A stretch of DNA of 64,000 nucleotides. Source: a virus. The stretch's first letter is position 1; each line of letters opens with the position of its first letter. Position numbers and translations under genes: made by a program. Under the pieces are notes generated by a model. The model had not been told where the DNA came from. It did not search any database and worked only from the letters and a program-made list of their open reading frames with translations. The stretch lies in IMG/VR virus record IMGVR_UViG_3300035698_012408. One strand, 5' to 3'. Positions 19,030 to 27,480 of the stretch are shown here, piece by piece.

Positions 19030-21009
19030 TTACTTAACGGGACACGTCCCGCCGGAGCACTCCCCGGCAGATACATCGTAGATCCCGTGAAGCTCACTCC
19101 AATCAACGGAGCCGAGCTTGGACTGATACGACCGGAATTCATCCTCGTTCACAACGTCCTGCGGCAGATACTTGAATCCAAGATCGGCAGCACTCTTCGT
19201 CGCGTCAATGCGTGTCATCCAGCTAACACCCACGAAGTCTTCCCAATACTTGTAAAGCCAATCCACAATGTCGTCGAGCTCTGAGATGTCCCAGCTGACT
19301 GTGATACTGGTATTATGATCGGTCCACAACGTGTTCCAACGACGGTACTTATTAAGCTGCTGTACTGCCGTCTCCTGGTTGACCCACTTATCCTCAAACT
19401 TGCTGAACCGCACACCCTGCCACTCCACGGGGAAGCAGATAAGAGTGCTATCATCCTCGGTCGGATGAGGAATCACGGTGTAACCGGAAGCGGCGAGGAT
19501 TTTAATAATCGGATCGAGGTTATTGAACGAGACCCAGTTGAAGATGAACTTGCCCGGAGGCGTGTGAATACCTTCGGTAACATCGATACACTTCGAGCCG
19601 GTACCCTCCGGCTTGAGCGTGGTCACCAGCTTCGGCCGAGGCAACCCGAGTTCGTCGGCCATCGAATACGTGCCGGCGATCGCGGTATTCCGCATCGTCT
19701 TGATCTGGTAGTCGGTCAGCCACGGTGCCTGAGCCAATCCGGTGAGTGACACGCCGCAAAGCCGCAAGGCTTCGTTCGTTTGATGCCACTCGGACGACAG
19801 GACGTTGTCTTCTAATTCGACACACGTCTGCCGGTAATTGGCCCGAGACATGATATGCAGTGCCCGCAGGAGTCCCGCGAAATTATCACGGAACTTAGGA
19901 ACCGCTGTGGTGACAAGATTGCAGAACCCATTCGGCGGCAATAGTATCTCGCCACAGGGGTTCACGCCATCAAACCACGGAGCCCGCCGCCTCGCGGCAG
20001 CGCCATTGACGAAACCGGGCTCGCTACCGCCACACTCCCAGATCATCTCCATGATGTCCCGGATTTGTCGCTTCGTAGGTTTGCTCCAGAACGTCAGCGA
20101 GTTATTGCTCTGCTGCCGATGCTCCTGATCATATAGGAACCAGTCCTTCTTCGCTCTCGCGAACTGCTCCCATCGCGGGTGACCCCAGTCCATCAGTGAA
20201 ATCTGGGCAGACCGCCTGCTGGATAGCACTGTGCCAAGATGGTTGACAATGTCCAACAGATCGATCTCGTCGAGAAGGTCACCAGCCTTGGAGTTCATGA
20301 TCTTGATGATCGCCCGGAATGCCACTTCAAGGGGTTTGGACCCGTTACAAATCCAGCCGTAACCCTTGAGACGCTTGCCGGGGCCACGAACATCGCTGAA
20401 GTCCAGCGTGAGCTGCCGAATGGCGTGACGCGGCGGATTGACGAGCTTACCGAGGGCTTTTGCCCACGCTTCAGCACTGTCGCCGATACGTATCGTCCAA
20501 TACCAGCCATCCTCCTGATGCTCACATTCCTCTTCGTTCGCGGGATTACCGTGATAGTCAGCTGGCCGTTCGGACGAGATGATCTTCACATCCGTGATCG
20601 GACGCAGGAAACCATGCAACGTGCCGGCGACTGGCCGAAAACCTACACCGCAACCGTTCAACAACAACCAGAAGGTGTCGACGAACTGATACACCGTCTG
20701 AGCACGTGTGTAAGCGCAGTTAAACTGCGAGCAGGCTCGGTCTTTTCCGTACGGGGTGCCTCCGAGCCAGAGAGTCCGGCCAGCCACAAGGGCTTGGCGG
20801 GATGTTACGAGCTGCTGAAGTTCCTTCAACTCGTCGAGATTAGGAGTGCAGCCGTTGGTGTTCGCTGACTCCCATAAATGGAGATGATGATCGTAGGTAG
20901 CCCGTTTCGCGGTAACTTCCCACGTCTCCAGTTGGTTGCCCTCTTCATCCAAGGGCCTATTGTATGTTCTGCGTGTGATCGCTTCAGCGCGTGCAGATGG
21001 ATCTGCCAT
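19030..21009 (-). CDS. nrdJ: class II (adenosylcobalamin-dependent) ribonucleotide reductase
   Basis: 659-aa single chain with active-site NPCGEILLPPNGFCNL, LLNGCGVGF and a C-terminal redox pair CSGGTCPVK. No separate beta-subunit gene is nearby. Confidence 0.8.
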   Translation of the reverse strand: MADPSARAEAITRRTYNRPLDEEGNQLETWEVTAKRATYDHHLHLWESANTNGCTPNLDELKELQQLVTSRQALVAGRTLWLGGTPYGKDRACSQFNCAYTRAQTVYQFVDTFWLLLNGCGVGFRPVAGTLHGFLRPITDVKIISSERPADYHGNPANEEECEHQEDGWYWTIRIGDSAEAWAKALGKLVNPPRHAIRQLTLDFSDVRGPGKRLKGYGWICNGSKPLEVAFRAIIKIMNSKAGDLLDEIDLLDIVNHLGTVLSSRRSAQISLMDWGHPRWEQFARAKKDWFLYDQEHRQQSNNSLTFWSKPTKRQIRDIMEMIWECGGSEPGFVNGAAARRRAPWFDGVNPCGEILLPPNGFCNLVTTAVPKFRDNFAGLLRALHIMSRANYRQTCVELEDNVLSSEWHQTNEALRLCGVSLTGLAQAPWLTDYQIKTMRNTAIAGTYSMADELGLPRPKLVTTLKPEGTGSKCIDVTEGIHTPPGKFIFNWVSFNNLDPIIKILAASGYTVIPHPTEDDSTLICFPVEWQGVRFSKFEDKWVNQETAVQQLNKYRRWNTLWTDHNTSITVSWDISELDDIVDWLYKYWEDFVGVSWMTRIDATKSAADLGFKYLPQDVVNEDEFRSYQSKLGSVDWSELHGIYDVSAGECSGGTCPVK

Positions 21010-21132
21010 TACCTGACCTCCACGGTACGAAACGCGGCCGGCGCGAACCGGTCGCTAGTATGATGATAAAGTTCCTATAAGTTGGGCACGTGCTTCGATT
21101 ATAACAGCCACACGATCGGGAGAGAAGCCCGA

Positions 21133-21363
21133 CTAGCCAGAAGCCTTGCCGCCGCACGCCATCAGGAACTCATAAAGTCGCTTCCGCCCACGAATTGGGT
21201 CTGAAAGTAGATCTGCCGAATCTTCGTAAAATATCTGCTTGCCGTCTTGGCTCTCCACGGACAGCCAATCGCCAGCAGGCAAAGCATCAGGATCATCCCC
21301 GTCACTCCACCCACTAACAATGACGTTACCGTTTTCCAGCCGCAGCTCAAAAGGGGATGTCAT
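21133..21363 (-). CDS. hypothetical small protein
   Basis: 76 aa with SD AGGAG upstream of ATG 21363. Confidence 0.5.
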   Translation of the reverse strand: MTSPFELRLENGNVIVSGWSDGDDPDALPAGDWLSVESQDGKQIFYEDSADLLSDPIRGRKRLYEFLMACGGKASG

Positions 21364-21886
21364 TTTCTCCTATTCCTTCCTCGGGTACGTCAACCTGCAC
21401 GCTCCGTTTCTGCCGCGTCTCAAAGGACACTTCAGGGTTTTGCCGCCGCTCCCACATGTCAGTAACCCTGACAAACTCCGCGCGCATGCCGTCAAGTATG
21501 TCACGAGCCGGCTCCAAATCCAGCCCTTGGTAATTAGTACCGGGAATTGTTGACAGAATATCCATATCCGCGGCAGACTCGATCGCGTGCTCCAGCGTTT
21601 CGATCTTCGTACGCAGCACCGCGAGCGTCACCCACGGAAGCCCGAGAGCTGGCCCAGATACCAACTGTACCGAGGCGAGATCGTGCTCGAAGACGATGGC
21701 ATCCCAGGATTCTTCCCCGAATAGCTTACACGCCTCCCAATCCTCGATCTCGCAAAGCTCCATACAGTTGGCCACAAGAGCCTCGAACGGCGAAATAGCC
21801 TCGTATAGCCGACCTGTCAACGAATCAACGCCGCGCTCGATATACTGCGAGGCTATCGCGAATTTGCGTAATTGCTTGGTAGTCAT
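21347..21886 (-). CDS. hypothetical acidic protein with SSB-like C-terminal tip (...GENDIPF)
   Basis: ATG 21886 forms an ATGA overlap with the upstream stop. Carries KRSVQVD (recurrent motif) followed by PEEGIGENDIPF at the extreme C-terminus. Confidence 0.55.
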   Translation of the reverse strand: MTTKQLRKFAIASQYIERGVDSLTGRLYEAISPFEALVANCMELCEIEDWEACKLFGEESWDAIVFEHDLASVQLVSGPALGLPWVTLAVLRTKIETLEHAIESAADMDILSTIPGTNYQGLDLEPARDILDGMRAEFVRVTDMWERRQNPEVSFETRQKRSVQVDVPEEGIGENDIPF

Positions 21887-22314
21887 AGGTATTTCGCTTT
21901 CAACTCCTGGTCTAGGAAGTACGAACACCGTTGACGCGTCTTGACGGTCTGCCCAACATAATACTTCTTGAGCATCTTCTTGAGCTTCGTATCTTTGGAT
22001 AGATCAACCAACTGCCACGTAAGCCGGGAAGCATCCCAGATACCGAGCGTAGACATCCACCCGGAATTGCCGTGAGCAGCCATCACCCAGTGCGTCCCGT
22101 CCTGGTTATGCCAGTAAGCGTCAAGGAAGAAGAAATCAGCAGATGCCGCGTCCCGCAGCTTAAAACCGCAGCCCGGGTCGGCCTCGCAGATCTTCACGAC
22201 CTCCACCAGAGACATATCATCCCGAGCAAACAACTCCTGCGACGTGACCGGTTTAGGGATCAGTGTCGGTTGAAACTTCTTCGGCCGAGGCCGCTTCGAT
22301 TTACTTTTCGCCAT
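21883..22314 (-). CDS. hypothetical protein with basic N-terminus
   Basis: 143 aa starting MAKSKSKRPRPKK. Confidence 0.55.
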   Translation of the reverse strand: MAKSKSKRPRPKKFQPTLIPKPVTSQELFARDDMSLVEVVKICEADPGCGFKLRDAASADFFFLDAYWHNQDGTHWVMAAHGNSGWMSTLGIWDASRLTWQLVDLSKDTKLKKMLKKYYVGQTVKTRQRCSYFLDQELKAKYL

Positions 22315-23071
22315 CGTCTACCATCTCCTCGCCCGCGATACTCAGCTTGTACTGAGCAGGAGGGAGCACCATTTCCATCGCCGGCCGAACGTCGGCAAAC
22401 GACATCTGAAACACGGTAAGCGTCACACCGCCCAGCGGCAGCTGCTCCGTTTCGTCGACCGCACTGATGGTCACTTGGAACGGATGGAGGTCTCCCTCGT
22501 TGACCCAGTCAAGGACGGGGGAACACGAGGCACTGTCCAACCTGGAATCCCAGTGCTCGTCCAACAGCTTATCATGTGCCGCCCGGGTATCCACTGCGAT
22601 CACGGAATCCGTCGCGATCAAGTGACGAGCGCCGCCCGAATCACTGTAATAGACGTGTGCCTTGAATCGACGTGGAAACTGGATCATATCGTATGGTACC
22701 CATTGCCACGCCATAACGTAAGCCCCAGGCTCGTCACCAGCGCTGACAACAGTAGGATCTTCGATTTCCAACCTGCCGTCCTCGTGAAACGCCTCCACCG
22801 CCGCTGCGATCAACAGCCGCTCACACGGGGTGTGCTTGCAGTCGCGATTACGCAGCATCACGATCGGATCAGTGTCGACCGTGTCACCAGCGCAGCGGTT
22901 TATGAACTCCTCAAAAACCGTGATCGAGATCGCCAACGACGTAATATGCTGTTGCAGCAGCGTCGAAACCTCGAAAGTTTCCATGCCCGACCCTTCAGCC
23001 AGTCCATCTCTCGCCTCGCACATACCCTCCCGGGCTGTCTTGACGATTTTAATAAATTGCCCAATATTCAT
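22301..23071 (-). CDS. hypothetical protein
   Basis: ATG 23071 forms an ATGA overlap with the upstream stop at 23068. Confidence 0.55.
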   Translation of the reverse strand: MNIGQFIKIVKTAREGMCEARDGLAEGSGMETFEVSTLLQQHITSLAISITVFEEFINRCAGDTVDTDPIVMLRNRDCKHTPCERLLIAAAVEAFHEDGRLEIEDPTVVSAGDEPGAYVMAWQWVPYDMIQFPRRFKAHVYYSDSGGARHLIATDSVIAVDTRAAHDKLLDEHWDSRLDSASCSPVLDWVNEGDLHPFQVTISAVDETEQLPLGGVTLTVFQMSFADVRPAMEMVLPPAQYKLSIAGEEMVDDGEK

Positions 23072-23712
23072 TGAACATACTCCATATCCCACTCATCGTG
23101 GTCCTGCAACTGATCCTTGAACTTCCAGTAAGCGTACCGTCTCGCCAACTCTCGCTTGACGTACTCAGGTAGTCGGACCTGTGCAACACGCATGTCACGG
23201 ACCCGTAGATCCCAGATATGATCGGTCGGACGCCGCATCTTCAGAAAATCGACATCCTTTATGAAAGCATTGTCCGGCGGCACCACGTGCGGGCACTCCG
23301 GTACTTCGACGTCGTTATCCGACGCCTGTAGATAAGCAGCGGTGGCCCAAGCCTCAGCCGCGTACTGATGGGTGGCACACCACCCCGTGATCGTTTCCAG
23401 CGGGATGTGCGGTATATCCACAAGCAGCAGCAGATCAGACAGCGTCTCGGGGTCTACCGAATCTTCAGTGTCACACAGCCCACCAGCATTGAGTACAATC
23501 TGCCGAAGCTGCTCCTCCGCGAAAGCCGCGGAAGCCATAAGTTCCTGGGCGCAGGTGAGCAGAAAACTGTCCTCCTCCTGCCCGCCGCCGTTGGACGCGA
23601 TTTCATCCAACGCGCTAGCCACGTAAACCTGCTGAGCATCTCCGCTACCCAGCATCGAATCCAGCAGGTTGTACGTCGGCTGGCTCAGATTACTCGCGTT
23701 TGGTCGTTGCAT
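23068..23712 (-). CDS. hypothetical protein
   Basis: ATG at 23712; the track start 23718 is GTG. Confidence 0.55.
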   Translation of the reverse strand: MQRPNASNLSQPTYNLLDSMLGSGDAQQVYVASALDEIASNGGGQEEDSFLLTCAQELMASAAFAEEQLRQIVLNAGGLCDTEDSVDPETLSDLLLLVDIPHIPLETITGWCATHQYAAEAWATAAYLQASDNDVEVPECPHVVPPDNAFIKDVDFLKMRRPTDHIWDLRVRDMRVAQVRLPEYVKRELARRYAYWKFKDQLQDHDEWDMEYVQ

Positions 23713-23774
23713 CCGCACCGCCTCCGTCTAAATCGACAGTTCGCAAATTGCGACCGTCTGGTTTCCGTTTATAG

Positions 23775-24497
23775 TCAATGGCCATCCGGGATTTCGCCCT
23801 TTTCGATCGCGACGACCTTCAGACCGTAAGACTTGAGCGTCTCCATCAACAGCTCTGCATAAGCGAGAGCCGCCTCGTCCTGCGTCACCTCGTCGCGGAG
23901 GAACTGGGCGAACAGAATACGGGTCCGTTCGCGGACGTTGGTGATCGTGCTCGCGTCTTCGCCCATGACGCCGTCCGTCAGCGGTGTTGTCACCAGCTGC
24001 TTGACCGGTAACTTGTTCTCCCCCGCTGGTTCACTGGCGGAGATCCAGATCGGCACACCGTCATACGGGCTGACGGGGCCGTCGATCGCGGGATCATTGG
24101 AGAGCGTCTCCAGATAAGCCGTATCGAACCCGACGAGCGGGCCGCCGGCCAACCGGCGAATCTCGACGAGCTCCTCACCGCCGCCCGCCGCAATCGTGGC
24201 GGTGCCGACATAGGAGGTACTGGTAACACACGCGTTGGGCGTACGTGGCTCAGCCGCCGGCGACGTGCCATAGCACCCCACCTTGCGAACACTGGCCTCC
24301 CGTGGGATGCGGAAAAGGTCAAAAGACCCCTGACACGGTTCGTCATCGATCCGCTCCGCCACACGGTTACGACAAACCCGCAGCTCACCGCTCACAACAG
24401 CGACACCGTTGAGAAACACGAACACGTCGTGTATCAGCAGATCACCAAACTGGCAGTCATGATGCTGCCCCGCGGGGAAAATAATTTTCTGCATCAT
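23775..24497 (-). CDS. hypothetical protein
   Basis: 240 aa with an ATGA overlap at 24494..24497. Confidence 0.55.
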   Translation of the reverse strand: MMQKIIFPAGQHHDCQFGDLLIHDVFVFLNGVAVVSGELRVCRNRVAERIDDEPCQGSFDLFRIPREASVRKVGCYGTSPAAEPRTPNACVTSTSYVGTATIAAGGGEELVEIRRLAGGPLVGFDTAYLETLSNDPAIDGPVSPYDGVPIWISASEPAGENKLPVKQLVTTPLTDGVMGEDASTITNVRERTRILFAQFLRDEVTQDEAALAYAELLMETLKSYGLKVVAIEKGEIPDGH

Positions 24498-25639
24498 TCG
24501 TCTTCATCTCCATAATTGAGATCAATAGCGCGTAGATTCCGGCCACCATGCTGCGGCGGCGGAACAGGAGGACGCTCAATGGTATCACCCCAAAGGGCTA
24601 AACCGTGAGCGCCGAGTCGCCGCCGAAAGCCGGCAAGCGTGACCGGGCCAATATCTGGACAACCCAAGAAATCCGAAGCCGTGAACAGCAAGACGTCACG
24701 AACAGAACGAGGCGACTGAGTTTTTCCAAGACCAAGCCGCCGCATGGCATCAGCCACGCGGGCCGGTATCTTGTCACCGTAAAGGTTCGTCCACGGCTGA
24801 CTCAAGATCGTTGCATCCTCGATACCGAGGCGGTCTTCGGGATCTTCCCCGAGGAACTCAAGCTGCGCGACCTCCAGGTCACTATGGGTCACCCGCTGGT
24901 GGAAGGCCACGGCCACATCATGCACCGCGTCAATTACCGTCTCGTGTGAGGCACCGGGTTGCAACAACAGCCTGTCGTAACCACCCGAGGCGATTACCTC
25001 CGTCACCAGCGCCCGGTAGGTTTGCGAATTGTCAATATACTGATCCCGCCACGCGATGGCGTCCAGCATCGCCTGCACCCACGACGCCTTATCCGTGACA
25101 TAGCGGACGGTCCAACCGTGGTCATTCAACCGTTGGTGGTTATAAGCAAATGCCCGCCGCTTCAGCACACCCTCGGCGACAATTCGCACGTTAAGCCAAC
25201 CGCGTCGCGTGTCGCGAGTTTGATAGATATTGGCATGCGACTGCGCAAGCGAGGCATCCGTAACATCCGCACCGTCCGGGACCGCCGGGAGATCCGTCAC
25301 GAGCAACCCAAAGCGGGAAGCAACCGCCAACCGCGACTCTTGCCGCCCGGTCGCACGACCTTCCGTAAGACCCTGAAGCAGCCCAGCATCGAAGCCCGCG
25401 GCGTGCCCCTTATCATGACCCTTCTCGACGATCTCCTCGATCGACTGCTCCGCCTGCCACTTCATCTGTCTGACCTCTTCACCAGCCACCTCGACCAGAG
25501 AATAAGCCTGGCGCGCTGCGTCATCTATCGCTCGCGTCCGCAGCTGTTTGGACTTCTTCCAACCGCTCCGATAACCGGCCAAATAACCGATCGGATGGAT
25601 GACCGCCTCGTGGAGCCATCTCACAAATCTTCCAAGCAT
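24494..25639 (-). CDS. hypothetical protein; C-terminal region looks helix-hairpin-helix-like
   Basis: ATG 25639 has SD AGGAGG 5 nt upstream. RVADAMRRLGLGKTQSPRSVRDVLLFTASDFLGCPDIGPVTLAGFRRRL resembles RpoA alpha-CTD/HhH segments (from memory, weak). C-terminus is GRNLRAIDLNYGDEDE. Confidence 0.55.
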   Translation of the reverse strand: MLGRFVRWLHEAVIHPIGYLAGYRSGWKKSKQLRTRAIDDAARQAYSLVEVAGEEVRQMKWQAEQSIEEIVEKGHDKGHAAGFDAGLLQGLTEGRATGRQESRLAVASRFGLLVTDLPAVPDGADVTDASLAQSHANIYQTRDTRRGWLNVRIVAEGVLKRRAFAYNHQRLNDHGWTVRYVTDKASWVQAMLDAIAWRDQYIDNSQTYRALVTEVIASGGYDRLLLQPGASHETVIDAVHDVAVAFHQRVTHSDLEVAQLEFLGEDPEDRLGIEDATILSQPWTNLYGDKIPARVADAMRRLGLGKTQSPRSVRDVLLFTASDFLGCPDIGPVTLAGFRRRLGAHGLALWGDTIERPPVPPPQHGGRNLRAIDLNYGDEDE

Positions 25640-25662
25640 ATTCACCTCCTGTGAGTGACTAA

Positions 25663-25679
25663 TTGGTTTCTAAGTACCG
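25663..25679. repeat. 17-bp exact repeat TTGGTTTCTAAGTACCG, copy 2 (leader of 24494..25639)
   Basis: Identical to 9799..9815. Confidence 0.8.
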
Positions 25680-25713
25680 AAAACCCGTAATCCTAGTGGG
25701 TATCAAATACGCT

Positions 25714-25773
25714 GCTGTGAAACGTCTCACAGCGTTACGTGTGTGTTTACCTCGCTGTGAGACGTTTCACAGC
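25714..25773. promoter_or_regulatory. pair of perfect CRP/FNR-family-type operators (TGTGA-N6-TCACA), forming a 21-bp perfect inverted repeat
   Basis: GCTGTGAAACGTCTCACAGCG at 25714..25734 and its exact reverse complement at 25753..25773. Site centres are 40 bp apart. Located upstream of minus-strand gene 24494..25639. Confidence 0.5.
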
Positions 25774-26079
25774 AAAAGCAGGTCAAAGACATCCTCGCCT
25801 GCCAAAATGGCAAAAACCACCCTTAATGGGTACGAAAAACACCGAAAATATGTTAAGCTGGGTAGTTCAGAGACATAACTTTTCGAGATTCTCGTTGTAA
25901 CTCCTCGCTGTCAAGGGTGTTATGATTTTAGGCTACAGGTTAAAGGGACATGTTCGTTTAACCTATTAACATATCTAAAGATATGTAGTCTCTTACGAGG
26001 AGGGCCGCCCTGACGGACGTCCGCCTCGAAGAGTGACGGTACGAGGAGAGGAAAACTGAGCCGCGGCGTGTACCCTCAT

Positions 26080-26349
26080 TTATAGTGTAGGCACGCCACC
26101 CGAGGCCGGTTCGACCTCGTCTTCGTCGTCATCTTCTTCGATGTCGTCGATGTCGTCAACCGAGATCACGGGCGGGTTGAAATACACGTTGACGTACTGC
26201 GCGTCGTCCGAGGGTACCACCGGGACATGCTCTGGCAGCAGCGCTTGGAATTGTGCTACCGCCTCTTCGGGCGAATCGGCGGTTACTTCGCCGCCGAGAC
26301 CAACCGGTCCTTTACTGCTGTCGCCAAGACTGAAATGATATTTGGGCAT
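26080..26349 (-). CDS. small acidic protein, paralog of 26377..26619
   Basis: Shares VTADSPEEAVAQ with VTADTPEDAAAA in the neighbour, and shares the leader CCCAGTGTGAC(A/C)GAAAGGAAA. C-terminal tail DDIDDIEEDDDEDEVE. Confidence 0.6.
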   Translation of the reverse strand: MPKYHFSLGDSSKGPVGLGGEVTADSPEEAVAQFQALLPEHVPVVPSDDAQYVNVYFNPPVISVDDIDDIEEDDDEDEVEPASGGVPTL

Positions 26350-26376
26350 TTGGATTTCCTTTCTGTCACACTGGGC

Positions 26377-26619
26377 TTACTCTTGGCCCTGTGTCTGCGC
26401 TGTTGGTTTCATTTTCGTAAGTCCTTTTTCGCTGAACAGCACCGTGACAGCGTCCACGGGGCCTTCCGGCGAGTCAATGCGGACCTCGACGACGAATGAC
26501 GCCCCAAGCGCTCGGATCGCCGCAGCGGCGTCCTCAGGCGTGTCAGCCGTGACACTCACAGCGACGGTCGCGCTGGTTTCCTTGTGGCTTCCGGTAGCCT
26601 CAAATTTGTAATCTGTCAT
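26377..26619 (-). CDS. small protein, paralog of 26080..26349
   Basis: ATG 26619 (MTDYKFEATG...) with SD AAGGAAAA. The track start 26637 is a GTG inside the repeat leader. Confidence 0.6.
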   Translation of the reverse strand: MTDYKFEATGSHKETSATVAVSVTADTPEDAAAAIRALGASFVVEVRIDSPEGPVDAVTVLFSEKGLTKMKPTAQTQGQE

Positions 26620-26637
26620 GATTTTCCTTTCGGTCAC

Positions 26638-26705
26638 ACTGGGAGTTGACTGGGAGTTGACTGGGGGTTCGTTTTGGTAAGAAAAACTGCGTACGGATTT
26701 CCACC
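26638..26705. repeat. repeat locus 1: three tandem 11-mers (ACTGGGAGTTG x2, ACTGGGGGTTC) plus module B (AAACTGCGTACGGATTTCCACC)
   Basis: 11-mers at 26638..26670 and module B at 26684..26705. The same modules recur at 27481..27530 and 27695..27749. Confidence 0.85.
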
Positions 26706-26738
26706 CGTGCTTTGCCCCGATTGGGGTAAGTGGGCCGG

Positions 26739-27017
26739 CTAGGCCTCCAGGTATTCAAGCGCTTGGCGCCGCGCGTCTGCGAGCTCCTTCCGCTCTCGCA
26801 GCAGGCCGCGAAGCATGTTGACTTCCCGGAAGGCATCACGCAGCGAGTGATTCTCTGGCAGCGCCTCGATCTCCGAGGCGAGCTTATCCAGCTCGTCCAT
26901 CCGGTACTTGGTACACATCAGGTGGTTACGCAGGGAGTTCCGATCGCCCCAGCCGTCCCCGGTATCCTGGATGCAACACTTTACGCGTGTTCGCATTTCT
27001 TCGATTTGTGGCGTCAT
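26739..27017 (-). CDS. hypothetical coiled-coil protein
   Basis: 92 aa with SD AAGGAGG 7 nt upstream of ATG 27017. Confidence 0.6.
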   Translation of the reverse strand: MTPQIEEMRTRVKCCIQDTGDGWGDRNSLRNHLMCTKYRMDELDKLASEIEALPENHSLRDAFREVNMLRGLLRERKELADARRQALEYLEA

Positions 27018-27047
27018 ATGTCGCCTCCTTTCGTTTTGTGATTATAG

Positions 27048-27170
27048 TGGACCCGACGGGGCTCGAACCCGCACGGCAGTTGCGCCTCATCCGCTGCTAG
27101 GGAAAAATAACCCTGCCCGCGGTAGTGGCTCACCTCGCATTACCGGCTCTGCCAGTTAAGCTACGGGCCC
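27048..27170 (-). tRNA. tRNA-like element, non-canonical length (123 nt): canonical acceptor, D and T arms with ~70 nt in between
   Basis: Minus strand reads GGGCCCG-TA-GCTTAACTGGCAGAGC...GCGGGTTCGAGCCCCGT-CGGGTCC-A. There is a 7-bp acceptor stem (one G-U) and a GTTCGAG T-loop. No canonical 7-nt anticodon loop could be placed by eye. CCA is not encoded. Confidence 0.45.
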
Positions 27171-27345
27171 GTTTCGCAAGTGCTTTGCGTATCTTCGTGA
27201 CGTTCGCGGCTGTAAACAACCGCCGGCCAAACATCTGGTAAGTGGCCCCAGGAATGACCTTTCGCCGAATTAGGTAATTCAGCTTCCATCGTGGGATACC
27301 AAAAATCTCAGCCACTTCGCGGCTCTGGTAGAGTCGTGCCGTCAT
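27130..27345 (-). CDS. excisionase/MerR-type helix-turn-helix DNA-binding protein
   Basis: ATG 27345 with SD GGAG 6 nt upstream; the track start 27357 is TTG. LYQSREVAEIFGIPRWKLNYLIRRKVIPGATYQMFGRRLFT fits the Xis-family HTH pattern. The last ~13 codons overlap the 5' half of the tRNA-like element. Confidence 0.65.
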   Translation of the reverse strand: MTARLYQSREVAEIFGIPRWKLNYLIRRKVIPGATYQMFGRRLFTAANVTKIRKALAKRARSLTGRAGNAR

Positions 27346-27480
27346 CTTTTTCTCCAAAATAAAGGATTTTGTTGCGGCGGTAATTGATGTTTACCGCTCA
27401 ACCTTTAAGGGAAAAGCAACGAAGCTCGCTCTAACGCGTTGGTGTTTAAGGTGTTACGACGTCCCCGGTTTCTTTCAGAC

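Noticed and set aside
21010-21132. Cobalamin riboswitch upstream of the B12-dependent RNR
   Set aside because: The leader is only 123 nt, too short for a cobalamin riboswitch, and I could not find the B12-box.
24515-24532. Recurrent motif explained as a DNA-level site (many copies contain ATCGATC or GATC)
   Set aside because: Copies differ at synonymous positions (attgatctc, atcgatctg, atcgacctc, gtcgagatc, gttatcgaggtg) while the peptide is conserved. The GATC content follows from the I-D-L codons.
25663-25878. 71-aa plus-strand ORF in the large regulatory gap
   Set aside because: It has a TTG start and no RBS, and it reads through both CRP-type palindromes. The basic, low-complexity product looks accidental.
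26638-26670. Tandem 11-mers as a possible CRISPR array
   Set aside because: The units are only 11 bp, directly abutting with no spacers, and there are three copies per locus. That is an iteron or operator-like tandem repeat, not a CRISPR array.
27048-27170. tRNA-like element as a prophage/host junction
   Set aside because: Phage-type genes in the same orientation and coupling style continue on both sides, and no integrase is adjacent. This is not a genome boundary within this window, although an attP core remains possible.
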